DNA from: Octopus vulgaris
Taxonomy: Eukaryota
Direction: 5' to 3'
NCBI GenBank assembly: GCA_951406725.2
Contig: OX597826.1
Span: 22,878,001-22,942,000 of the forward strand
DNA: 64,000 nt
The notes below the pieces were generated by a model. It had not been told where the DNA came from. It ran no database searches and was given only the letters and a program-made list of their open reading frames with translations. Both the position numbers and the translations under genes were made by a program. Positions 40,546 through 56,090 of this stretch are shown piece by piece. How positions within the stretch are numbered: position 1 is the stretch's first letter; each line of letters opens with the position of its first letter.

Positions 40546-41035
40546 TACAGTATGTATGCATGTACGTACGTGCGTATGTATGTATGTATGTATGTATGTA
40601 TGTATGTATGTATGTATGTATGTATGTATGTATGTATGTATGTATGTGTGTATGTATGTATGTATGTATGTATGTATGTATGTATGTATGTATGCATATA
40701 TCCATGCATGTATGCCTGTACGTGTATATCTTTCGGCCAAAATATAAACGCTGGGGAAAATCTAATAGGCAGATGCTTCAAAGCTGGTCTTTTGGAAAAC
40801 TGTAACCAACGACGCTATTGTTCACTAAATGCAATATAAAATATATATGTACTTATATGCGTGTCCGAGTTTCATATACATACATACATACATACATACA
40901 TACATACATACATACATACATACATACATACATGCATACATACATACACATATGCATGCATACATACATACATACATACATACATACATACATACATACA
41001 TACATACATACATACATGCATACATACATACATGC
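40546..41035. repeat. (TATG)n and (CATA)n microsatellite blocks in opposite orientation
   Basis: Direct inspection. Confidence 0.85.
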
Positions 41036-41067
41036 CATTTATATGTATATATATAAATGCATGTGCA

Positions 41068-41322
41068 CCTGGTACTTATTCTACCGATCACTTTCCATCG
41101 AACTGTTAAGTTAAGTGACGTAAACAAACCCACACCGGTTGTCAGTCGGTGGTGGAACACAAACACACACACACACAATCAAGTTCCGTCTACTAAATCC
41201 ATTCACAATGCGTTGGTCGTCCTAAGGCTATAGTAGAAGACACATGCCCAAGATGCCACGCAGTGGGACTGAACCTAGGACCATGTCGTTCGGAAGCAAA
41301 CCTCTCACCACACAGCTACGCC
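41068..41322 (-). mobile_element. SINE (family D)
   Basis: Reverse complement of the 60063-60447 family (tagtagaagacac...gccacgcagtgggactgaacc...accacacagc). Confidence 0.75.
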
Positions 41323-41800
41323 GTTGAAATACTTTATCATTGAATGAACCGATGCTATGAACAAATTTGATGGGATTAATTAAGCGACTGGGAAGTCATT
41401 ATGTTTAATGAAGTAGATAACGGGCGATGGGTTGTAATGCAGTGCGTTCTTACCTCCCCTTTTAAAGTCCTTAAGAGAATATTCGCCTAAACTTCAACAG
41501 CTTTAATTCACCTCCTCCCTTGCCATCACCCTTTCCCTCTCATCATCATTCCCAGCATGCAGAATGGAAGGTTTTGGTAGTGGTGGTGAGTAGGTGGTGG
41601 TGCTGAGTAGGTGGTGGTGGTGATGATGGTGGTGGTGATGGTGGATAAAAGGGAAAGGAGTAATGGCAGGTGTAGTCGATTGAATCAATAGCCAAGTCCT
41701 TTTCTATTTTTCTTCTTTCCTATGAAATAATGTACCAACCACGTACTGGGGATGAATTAAAGTGGATTGCACCCTTCCTTGTAACTCTATGACCTTGTGA

Positions 41801-41887
<87 letters not shown>

Positions 41888-41943
41888 AAGAAGAAGAAGG
41901 ATTATTGCCATTATCATTATTATTGTTATTATTATTGTTATTA

Positions 41944-41976
<33 letters not shown>

Positions 41977-41979
41977 TCA

Positions 41980-42017
<38 letters not shown>

Positions 42018-42539
42018 TGTATTGTAACGGGCTTTGTTAATATTACGCCTATTTTTACCCGCTATAATGTTTTCTAGATTAGGTAAATTTGAGAATGAAA
42101 TTCTTATTTACGTTTATTAGAAATATGGTAAATATTCACTGAGATGATGGGACGGGGTTGCATTTTTCTGCAAGAAGGCAAATAACTTGCTAGAAAGTTT
42201 CGTAATAATGTTATTCGATCATGGTGGATTAAACCAGATTATTTTACCATTGCGCGAGTTCCGCCGACTTTTGGATATGCGTTACGTGTCTTAATGCTAT
42301 GCTTACTCCTAGAGTACTTTTATTATCTTTTGCATAAGTAACACCAACGTTGATAATGTTATTACTACGATCATCATTATCAGTAACAGTTAACTCAGGT
42401 CTACCCGTATTACAAATATTGATGCAATTACTAACCTTCATTTTCCCTTTCATCAATGACTCCTTTATGCCTGTATTATTACTGTTATTATTACTACTAA
42501 TATTTATATTATTATTGCTTGTATTATTCTTTCGAACGC

Positions 42540-42925
42540 CGGACGAAACGTTAGCACGTCGGGCGAAATGCTTAGCGGTATTTCGTCTGCTGTTACGTTC
42601 TGAGTTCAAATTCCGCCGAGGTCGACTTTGCCTTTTATCCTTTCGGGGTCAATTAAATAAGTACCAGTTACGCACTGGGGTCGATGTAATCGACTTAATC
42701 CGTTTGCCTGTCCTTGTTTGTCCCCTCTGTGTTTAGCCCCTTGTGGGTAGTAAAGAAATAGGTATTTTGTCTGTCTCCACGTTCTGAGTTCAAATGCCGC
42801 CTGGCTCGACTTTGCCTTTTATCCTTTCCGGTCGATAAACTAAGAACCAGTTACGCACTGAGGTCGATGTAATCGACTCATCCTCTCCCCAAAAATTCAG
42901 GCCTTGTGCCTATAGTAGAAAGGAT
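42540..42925 (+). mobile_element. Two tandem family C SINE copies
   Basis: gttctgagttcaaat.ccgcc...gactttgccttttatcc...accagttacgcactg occurs twice. Confidence 0.8.
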
Positions 42926-43005
42926 TATTAAAATATTTGCTATCATTATTATTAGTAATAATACTATTATTATTGTTGTTGTTGTTGTTGTTGTTATTAT
43001 TATTA

Positions 43006-43061
<56 letters not shown>

Positions 43062-43544
43062 GATGCTACATTTAACGTACAATCTACCTTGTTCGACATG
43101 ATATTACGGGGACCTGCATGTAAAGCTTATGAGATTTTATTATCTATATTATTCTGTTCTGAAGCTTAGAACTTCATAAATTTTAAAAAGTTATTCTTAC
43201 TATTGTATGTAATTGTATTTCTGTATGTTTTGATATTTCTGCTCATACTACCCTCCATTATATGATGTTTCTTTTTACTGGCCACGAAGAAATAGCAAAT
43301 GGTTTGTTTATATCCTGCTTTTATTAAGGCTTCTTTCTAGAGAGAGAAGTCTGATGTAAACAAACTATTAGCGATGGTAAATAAAAGCACGATATAAACA
43401 AACCAAAACAGCTGTCGTAAATTTTAAACACCATTTGTGTTCCCCGTGTATATATGTGTTTGCGTGTGTGTGTGGCCTCGGCGGTATTTAGCGTGCTAAT
43501 GATTCTGCTAGCTCGCCGCCATAATAATAATAATAATAATGATA

Positions 43545-43657
<113 letters not shown>

Positions 43658-43725
43658 CAATTAAGATTCAAGTCAGTAATGTGGGGTGATTATAAACGAG
43701 AAAGAAGCAACAAGAATGGATTAGT

Positions 43726-43816
43726 TTTTAGTACAATTGTTTCATATAAAGACAGGCTTTATTAAAAGTTGCAAATATTGCAGCAGATAAAAGTGTCCCG
43801 TACTCATCAGCTAAAA
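43726..43816 (-). ncRNA. Mirror copy of the hammerhead in the left palindrome arm
   Basis: Reverse complement of 44829-44919 with one stem II substitution. Confidence 0.8.
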
Positions 43817-44828
43817 CACATATGAGTTCTCCAAACATCTTAGTAGGTGAGGCTACACTCATGAAGTATCGGAGATAATTTCATAAAAAGCAGATTCAGG
43901 TTGTAAACAGACTTCCAAAGTTCTTTAATGATGATGCACAGTCTTATCACAGGTTTTAAAAAAGCTTATTAGCTTCACAGAGAAGGTGAATCAATCCATA
44001 GTGTAGGTGCAAATTTCCAGGGATATGAGGAGATATTTCATACTCACAGACGATGAATCTATCCATGGTTAATCCACAATGAGGTGGGTATAATTTCATG
44101 CTATATGATAAGATACTTGTCACATTACTGTTCCCTTCACAAAACTGCTATGTTAGAATTTCTAAAGGCTGAAGGAATTTTGTGGAGCAAAGAAAAGAAA
44201 AGAAAAGAGAAGAAAAGAAAAAAGAAAAGAAAGAAGAAAAGAAAAAAGAAAAAAGAAAAAGAAGAAAAAAGAAAAAAAGAAAAAAGAAAAAACGCCCACA
44301 TAGAGTATACTGTGACACAGTTGTCACAGTATACTCTATGTGGGCGTTTTTTCTTTTTCTTTTTTCTTTTTCTTTTTTCTTTTTTCTTCTCCTTTTTTTT
44401 TTGTTTTTTCTTTCTTTTCTTTTCTTTTCTTTTTCTTCTCTTTTCTTTTCTTTTCTTTGCTCCACAAAATTCCTTCAGCCTTTAGAAATTCTAACATAGC
44501 AGTTTTGTGAAGGGAACAGTAATGTGACAAGTATCTTATCATATAGCATGAAATTATACCCACCTCATTGTGGATTAACCATGGATAGATTCATCGTCTG
44601 TGAGTATGAAATACCTCCTCATATCCCTGGAAATTTGCACCTACACTATGGATTGATTCACCTTCTCTGTGAAGCTAATAAGCTTTTTAAAACCTGTGAT
44701 AAGACTGTGCATCATCATTAAAGAACTTTGAAGTCTGTTTACAACCTGAATCTGCTTTTTATGAAATTATCTCCGATACTTCATGAGTGTAGCCTCACCC
44801 ACTAAGATGTTTGGAGAACTCATATGTG

Positions 44829-44919
44829 TTTTAGCTGATGAGTACGGGACACTTTTATCTGCTGCAATATTTGCAACTTTTAATAAAGCCTGTCTTTGTA
44901 TGAAACAATTGTACTAAAA
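44829..44919 (+). ncRNA. Type I hammerhead ribozyme with extended stem II
   Basis: ttttag-CTGATGA-gtacgggaca...tgtctttgtat-GAAA-caattg-TA-ctaaaa. Confidence 0.82.
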
Positions 44920-44948
44920 ACTAATCCATTCTTGTTGCTTCTTTCTCG

Positions 44949-44980
<32 letters not shown>

Positions 44981-45011
44981 ACTGTTTTCTTTCACTAGAC
45001 TGCGGCCATGC

Positions 45012-45310
45012 AGTCAACCTCGGCGGAATTTGATTTCACAATGCAAAGACGGACGAAATGCCCCTTAGCATTAACGATTCTGCCAGCTAGCGTCACCTTA
45101 ATAAGAAGAAAGAGACAGAATCGTTAGCACGCCACACAAAATGCTTAGCGGCATTTCGTCCGTGTGTACGTTCTGAGTCCAGATTCCGCCGAAGTTGACT
45201 TTGCCTTTCATCCTTTCGGATCTCTAAAATAATTACCTGTTGAGCACAGGATCTTACATAACCGACTTTCCCCCTTCCCCGAATTTGTTGGCCTTGTGCC
45301 AAAATTTGAA
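45012..45310. mobile_element. Two family C SINE fragments, head to head
   Basis: 45012-45092 on the minus strand and 45115-45310 on the plus strand. Confidence 0.7.
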
Positions 45311-45808
45311 GCCAACATCAAATTTCTTTTCAGCATCAAATGTCTATGCGGGTCCACCCGAGTAAAATAGGAATCTAAGGGGGTTCAGAGACAAAATATG
45401 GCCAAGAACCACTGGCCAGACGATCAAACAAATACTTGACTCCGATTGAGACATTCTTTACGAAACGAAATTTTAAAAATTCAAATTTAATATCAAAAGA
45501 TTTGTCTTTGTTGAAGTTCACCAAAACATGTAAAGATCTTCACTACAAGATATTTTCTTTCCTTATTTATTTTCCTCAAATTTTGCTTGTTTGTTTATTC
45601 ATTTATTTATTTTGTTTTAGTTGCTGTTTTTTATTTTTAATATAAAGGTAGCCATTTTCTTTTGTTATGATTTATTTCAAGTCAATAAAGCTTTGGTGTA
45701 TTGTCTTTGTATAGATATATATGTGCGTGTATGTAGATGCATGGTTGTGTGTGTGCGTGTGTGTGTGTTGCATATACACACATACATACATTTAGATAGA
45801 TAGATAGT

Positions 45809-48756
<2,948 letters not shown>

Positions 48757-49228
48757 GTATAGGCTTACATTTATAATATATACATACTTTATATGTGTAT
48801 AGTATTATGTTTTATATATGCGTGTGCATGCATACATACAATATATGTATGTTTATGTGTGTACACACACACACACACACATGTATATATAGACAGAGGA
48901 GGAGAGACAGAGAGAGAAAGCGAGAGACAGAGAGAGATGCATGTTAAAAAAATGTTTACACACATCGATTAATAACGTATTAAGAGTTTATTAAAATCCA
49001 TTTCATTTACAAAATTTAATGGAATCTACAAACAGAATTTTAATTTCTTTAAGAGCATCTGTTTTTGAACTGTTGACCGTTCTGGTCCAAACATAACTGA
49101 TAAAGCGAAGCAATGGTAACGGAAGTATCATGAAACGTTCCGATAGGTATTTGTGCGAATGTTCCTTCAATGGCTATCTTCAGTTCGTCGACTGTTGCCG
49201 TATAGAACTGTAAACTTTATCTTTTAAG

Positions 49229-50036
49229 TTTAAAGTGGCATTTCGTCGGTTACGACGATGAGGGTTCCAGTTGATCTTATCAACGGAACAAACTGCTCGT
49301 AAAATTGACGTGCAAGTGGCTGAGCACTCCATAGACATATGTACCTTTAATCTCAAGGAGATTCAGTGGGAGATAGGATGTTATAGTGACCTCTGGCGGT
49401 CAAGCAGGAAAGTAAAACGAAAAAGAGATCTAACGAGAGTAGTAAACTCCCTCGACCTTCTCGAAAATTCTCGAACATTCTAGAAGCTTCCATTTAACTT
49501 CCAGATGACGTGGAAGTCAGGGACTTCCGGTTCATTCCTTATATAAAGGAACACATTTCTAATTTCACGCCACTCTTGCCTGTCGATTCCTAGACATGGA
49601 TTGAGTCATGCCACACACATACACACCTGCATGTGCGGATGTTCGCCATATTTGCTTTGAGACGTGGTTGCAAAATATTGTCATCTGATATTACAAACCT
49701 TTTCCTTCAATTAACCTTATATGTTAACACATTACACTCAGTAATAAATATGTTATGACTTATTACGAATGTCTTGCAAATTCTTATTTTCTTGTTTACG
49801 TACAAGATGGTGACCCCTCTTTCTCGCATGCAATTATAAAAATTATAGGATGTCACTTACTGACATCACTATGTGACAAGGCCGGCCCTTTGAATTACAG
49901 GTTTAGCTCGCTGAGTTGACTGGAGCAACGTGAAATAAAGTGTCTTACTCAAGGACACAGTGCGCTGCCAGGAATCGAACTCACGACCTTACGATCGTGA
50001 GCCGAATATCCTTATCACTAAGCCATTCGCCTTCGC
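49229..50036 (-). mobile_element. SINE (family B) with 11-bp target-site duplication, interrupted by an LTR
   Basis: TSD tatcttttaag at 49218-49228 and 50037-50047; homology to 2180-2507. Confidence 0.85.
49379..49804 (+). mobile_element. Single LTR (Gypsy-like)
   Basis: TG...CA ends, TATATAAA at about 49540, AATAAA at 49743, purine tract immediately 5', TGGTGACCCC PBS-like motif 3 nt downstream. Confidence 0.6.
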
Positions 50037-50529
50037 TATCTTTTAAGCAATCCCGTAATATAAGCATAGTGGTGTGAGGTCCGGTGAACATGGAGGATAT
50101 TTTTTCTGCTGAACCTTTTTCTTCCAATCCGCCTGTTTGGCAAAAATCTCATCAAGGTTGGCCTTCACATTTCTGTGTTAGTGTAGAAGTGCCCAGTCTT
50201 GGCACACACGTCGGCATATAGCAACACAATTTATTCCGTAACACAAGTAGCCATAAAGCTGTAAAAACATATGTTAGAATGTAATTTATTCCGAGACTAA
50301 CCTTGTAAGAAATTATGTCATCGGCAGGTAACGTCATGTGGTAAGTCAGAATACACAAGTTTTATCAGATGTAATACGTGCAAGATACGTCAGAGCGAGA
50401 CAAAGTAAGTCAGACACAACTTATGGTTACTGCTGTTGTCTAAAGCCCGATCACCCAGCATTAAACAACCCCCACACCTCCCTTAAACAGATGAAAAACA
50501 TTCAAGCTATCATCATCTCGTTGTTTATT

Positions 50530-51061
50530 ATTGGCTATGGCGAAAGAATGTATCTGGTGGACGCGTCTGAAAGGATTAGAGACAAACACTTTCCTCTCTG
50601 GTCAATCTCTCACCAACTTCTTCAAGTATCACTTGAAAAGGAAAGTGAGAGTAGAGAGACAAGTTTTGTCTAGCGAATGTTTAAAAAAAAAGATGGGTGA
50701 ATGTAGCAAGGATGGCACGTATGAATGACGAAGCCACCTTGAGCATAATCCTATGAACCCGGAAAAATTTAAAACCCAGAGTTACTTACTTGCAAATAAA
50801 TGTGTTAACATGTGACATTATTGACCGAGGTTACCGTGGTCTTTTCGGTAGGGTTTTCTTTCCACGGATAAACCTTATTTGTTTCCCCCTTTACACTTTA
50901 CATCATGACATTTCTGTGATACAGGATCCCTATTGATCGTTTTTTTATCTTTCGTTTTTTTACGATCCCTTTTGATCGAAAACCTACTCCCCCCTCCCAC
51001 TTTTTTTCACCCCAAAAGAAAAGCTCTACTTTGTTCAGCCTTGTGTGGCTAATAAAGAAAC
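50530..51061 (+). mobile_element. 5'-truncated Tx1/L1-type LINE (ORF2 end plus 3' UTR)
   Basis: AMAKECIWWTRLKGLETNTFLSGQSLTNFFKYHLKRKVR; tail cagccttgtgtggctaataaagaaa. Confidence 0.88.
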
Positions 51062-51404
51062 ATATAATTCTTTTTTTATTCGTAGGGTCTGGGACCACAT
51101 TCTTCAATGATTCCGTGCCGTTTTAAGATAGTTTTAAGATAGATACGAGAGAAATTTGGATGCTATTTGTTGTAGGTCGAATCAATATGAGGCGGTTTCG
51201 TATCAGAAAAACAAACAAACACGTATTATGTCGTAATGAGGTGTGTCGTCAGAAGAAAGAAATCATATGACATGAAGTCATACTGTGCTTATGTTCTTCA
51301 TCGCTGGGAAAGTTATGTGATGAATAAATCATGTCATGTGCAGGATTACTGCGACGGTTAAGATTAGAACATTGCAAATATCTTCTTTCATATCTTATAT
51401 TTTT

Positions 51405-51630
51405 CTTGTTTCAGTTATTGGATTGCAACCATGCTAGGATACCCACTTTGAAGGGTTTTGGTCGAACAATTCAACCCCAGTACTTATTTAAAAGACAAAA
51501 AAAAATGTCTGGTACTTATTCTTTCTATCGATCCTTTTTTTGCCGAGCTACTAATGTTACTGCTTAACAGCGGGTATTGGTTTGTTTACAACACCCGTTG
51601 TTAAGCAATGATGAAGGGACAAACACAAAC
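51405..51630 (-). mobile_element. Diverged SINE fragment (family D)
   Basis: tgtttcagtta...ttttggtcgaaca...accccagtacttatt...ggacaaacacaaac. Confidence 0.55.
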
Positions 51631-51705
51631 TCTCTCTCTCTCTCTCACACACACACACAGAAACGCACACACACACATACATACATACATACATACATAC
51701 ATACA

Positions 51706-51740
<35 letters not shown>

Positions 51741-51763
51741 GTATATGTATATATATATATTTG

Positions 51764-51903
<140 letters not shown>

Positions 51904-54172
51904 TGTATGTATGTATATATCTTCCCAGAAGTTTATCATTTAAAATATATATGAGCATGTCTAGATATGCAACTATATGCATGAGAACACATACATAAAA
52001 CATACAAGTCTGCACGAATACATACATACATACATACATACATACATACATACATACATACATACATACATACATACATACAAAAATACCCTGTTGTTGA
52101 TGTTGGAATTCCATTGAAAGAACCTTGACTCAAGGTTAGAAACCGGCTCTTTCTCTATTGGCAAGAAATCTGGAAATAAAACTGAACAATAACATACATA
52201 CACACGCACACGCACATTCATGCACACTCACACACACTCACATACACACTCACACGCACACACTCACACACACACACACACTCACACACATATACATATA
52301 TATGTGTACACATACGCGCCCCCGCGTAGTACGAATTAAGAATTCTAATGGTTATTTAGATGTTATTCAGACGTTAATCTAAGTCAGAGATATTTTTAAA
52401 TAAGTCGACCAACAGGTGTTAATACATACACGTTATTTACATTATCTAACCATCAACAAACAATCCACCCAGTGTGCTTCCAGTTCGTAATGACAGAAAT
52501 CGTGTACTTTAGTATTCATGGCTAAAACTTTTAAAGAGCCCCGCTTCTTTTACGTTTCTTAATAAGTATGGCAGTTAAGTGGGTGAAGATTGTTTAGATG
52601 TTCGAATATAGAAATAAAAGAAGTTGAAGGGAGATCATATTAACGGCTTGACATAAAATAATTGTCTATTGAATGAAAAGAGAATATTTACTGAATGGCT
52701 CTTTCAAATTTGTCTCCAGGGCGTGGCTTTTAATACGGGTTCTATTAAATACCATTGTGCTATTGAGATCGTTTTTCTGTCATTTGGGTGACTATAAACC
52801 AGTGCTCTGCAACCGATATGCTGTGGAAAACTGGTGTGCTACGAGACGATGCTAGGTGTGCCACAGAGAACCAGAAGAAACTTTCTATGTATAACGTGAC
52901 CATCCAAGGATCTAATAGAGTTAAGATGTGTCTTACAAGGGCGCAGTAAACATGAGAAAGCAACCCAAAAGAATAGTATGTGGTGCATGTATATAATTAG
53001 GAGAAGGCATACAAGCATGTGTGCGAACGTTGAGACAATTGTACAAATATACAGAATATTTACTAAAAAAATATGTACGTAAATAGATGTCCTGAAAAAT
53101 TAAAAATTAAGTGATATACAAAACTAAGCAAACGCGAAGGAGAATGAAAAAATACATAAAAAAAACAAGCAACATAAAGGCCAAACTAGGCACATGCTAG
53201 GAAAGGTTCCAGTCTATGTACAAGCGTTTGAGTTAGCTCAAAGTAGAAGAAATTCGTACAAGTGTTATAAGCGTGACAGGGAAAAGGGGAAAACAGCAGA
53301 ATTTGCTGTGTCTGATGCTGTACTATAAGCCAAAGCTTTGCATCATAGGCACGAGGATCAAGGAGAAAATACTGTAAGATAGGTAGAATGCATTCACAAA
53401 TTATAACGAGAAGTGTTCATCGTGCAGGTTTTTAGAAAGTCCACAGAAAGTGAATCCAATGATGCGAAAATATGGAAAGTTCATGATATGTATATAGTGC
53501 ACATATACTGAAGGTGAAAACAGTAGTGCAAGGCATTGTCAAAGTACATGCAGGAAAATTCTTCTGAAAAGTTTAGCACGCCGAGAAATTAAGTCTTGCA
53601 ACTTCATATAAGAAGAGAAAAAAATGACAATATGACAAAAGCTGTAATGTTGAAAGTTAACAATAAACTTACAGGAGCAAAAGTTGAGCTGGTGCGAAGA
53701 TGATCTTGAGAAGTTGGACTTGCAGTGGTAAAAACGGTGTAAGCCATGCACTGAACAAAGTAGGATGTTGAAACGAGGGTAAATTTTGATACTTTTTCAC
53801 CCGCGTGATTTTCACTAAAAAAAAATCGAATTTTTTGCGTAGAATCAAGTACCCTGGCCTCCTAATATACTGCAAACCCCTTATTTTTGTTCGGAAAAAA
53901 GGTGTGGTGGAGAACATATTTCTGTGTACTTTCCTCTGTTTATTAAAGTCACTGAAATTTTTGCGCGCGCACACACAAACACAAAAATTGTCCAGGCATT
54001 TGGCTATTATTTTTAGCGTATCGACATTTACAGTTTCAGACAGTTTGGAGTTTTTGATAGAAAATTTGAAATTTAAAAAAAAATTTTCTGTATTCTTAAT
54101 CTCCGTATTTTTCCATGTACATTGAAAAAAAAATTTAATTTTGAAAGAGTTCAGCAGTAAATGTGCAACTTT

Positions 54173-54244
<72 letters not shown>

Positions 54245-54574
54245 TTCTATCCATCTCTATCTCTCTCTCTTTCTAGCCATCTCTATATCTCTCTCTCTTC
54301 CCCCCTTACACACAAAGATATATTTTTTTAAATCGCTTTTTGAAGAGAGAAAAATTTTATTTTCTCTCTCTCCCACCTTCACACAAAAATTAGTTTGGGC
54401 ACGAAAGATTGTTTTTCTAAATCCCTGGTATAAAGCTGAAAATATTTAGTCGAGAAAAAAAATGTGTATTTTACTGAGAATTAATCCAATTATTTGACAG
54501 GAAAGAGGTAAGTAATACGTCGGTGAATTTTTACCTGTCTACATATACATACATGCCATTATATATATATATAT

Positions 54575-54710
54575 AACGTAAGGTGTACTAGCCATCTGAA
54601 TGTGGCTAGCCACTGGGGTGGGGTGTTACTGATGCTTTTAGCCCCAAAAGCATCAGTAACACCCCACCCCGTTGGCTAGCCACATTCAGATGGCTAGTAC
54701 ACCTTACGTT
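54575..54710. repeat. 65-bp-arm hairpin with 6-nt loop
   Basis: aacgtaaggtgtactagcc...ctgatgctttt-agcccc-aaaagcatcag...ggctagtacaccttacgtt. Confidence 0.92.
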
Positions 54711-54810
54711 GTCGAGCGGTTACTGTTTATATCTCGTTCAGAGATTTATTAATGCTTATATATATATATGTATATATATAAAATAATATGTTACAATTAC
54801 TCAATAGTCA

Positions 54811-54873
54811 AGATAAAACTCTGAGTTTCAGATGCCGAAGTGGAAACCCACAACACCATCTCTTCGGTTATCT
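54811..54873 (-). ncRNA. Type I hammerhead-like motif, CCGAAGA core variant
   Basis: Minus strand: agataa-CCGAAGA-gatg...catc t-GAAA-ctcagag-TT-ttatct; 6-bp stem I. Confidence 0.6.
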
Positions 54874-55171
54874 GGCCATCTGAAAAAACGTTATGAAAAA
54901 ATACCGTTATATAAAGGGAAATTACTGTGTTATAATTCTGCTACTTATATAAAATAAGATTAAAATTTCATAGTAAGCATGTCTAGTCATACGCTCATAC
55001 GTGCGTACTTATACGTCACTATGAAAACGTACACATCTTCACTCGCATTTTTCGCCAAATATATACGCATATATACACACACACACACACATGCGTACCG
55101 TAAAAGTTCATACATACATCTATATACGCACAAGCACAAGAAAAACCATGGTTAAAGGTAACAGAAAAAAA

Positions 55172-55305
55172 CTTTCTTTCACTCTTTCTTCTGTTGGCCT
55201 GCTCGCTTAGCCAGCGGGGTGGCGTAATTCGAAGGCTAAAACAATGCGAACGCATTGTGACCCACGATGTGTAACAACATCTGATAGTCTGGTCGGTCAC
55301 GTGAT
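55172..55305 (+). mobile_element. SINE 3' part (family A)
   Basis: Matches 1-88 and 63940-64000. Confidence 0.75.
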
Positions 55306-55405
55306 ATATATATATATACCATGCAGAGGGACTGAACGTGGAACCATGTGCTTGGGAAGCAAACTACTCAACCACACAGTCATTCTTGCACCTAATGTGT
55401 GTGTA

Positions 55406-55436
<31 letters not shown>

Positions 55437-56090
55437 TTACATTTGTTACCAAATCGTGTATTGTGTCACACATCCATCACACTCACGCACGCACGCACGC
55501 ACATTGATACGTATCTATCTGTGTATATTCATTTCTTTATTTATTTATCCACGCATCCATCCACTTATCCAGCCAGCAAGCCAGCCAGCAAGCCAGCCAG
55601 CAAGCCAGCCAGCAAGCCAGCTGTACACTTCAGTCCTACTAGCCCCACTGTTTACTGCCATTAGTGGTGTGTGACATCAATAATTTGTCCTCAATGTATG
55701 CGCTTTTATTGTTCCTTATACAAACATAAAATGCACTCAACATCCAATACGTAATACAAGGATAAATATACTTTTCTACTCTAGGCACAAGGCCCGAAAA
55801 TCTTTTTTTGTGGGGCAGTCGGTTAGAACGACTCCAGTACGCAGCTGGTACTTAATTTATCGCCCGGCGTGCTAACGTTTCTGCCAGCTCGCTGCCTTAA
55901 TACAAAAATAGATATAGTCAGTGATCACGACAATGATTACTTCGATCGTTCGACTATCACTCGATGCTGGGTGATGAGAATATAGTTGTTGTTTTTTTTG
56001 TACACTAGTAGGATACACACACATACACATGTACATACACACACCTATACATTCTCATATGGCGTAGTTGTGTGGTAAGAAGCTTGCTTC

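Larger units (their letters stand above)
43696..44949. repeat. About 1.25-kb near-perfect palindrome (arms about 620 bp, 4-nt loop at 44318-44321)
   Basis: Centre gtatactgtgaca-cagt-tgtcacagtatac; only a few substitutions or indels outside the GAAAA tract. Confidence 0.97.
49050..50150 (-). pseudogene. Tc1/mariner transposase remnant split by a SINE
   Basis: Joining 50100-50037 to 49217-49150 gives PPCSPDLTPL...LKDKVY...TVDELKIAIE. Confidence 0.7.

Noticed and set aside
43696-44949. Editing signature in the other palindromes (16, 44 and 63 kb)
   Set aside because: They have only a few mismatches, mixing G.T and A.C, so there is no directional bias.
52300-54450. Complex, possibly decayed coding or DNA-transposon sequence
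   Set aside because: No motif, TIR or splice pattern that I could support.
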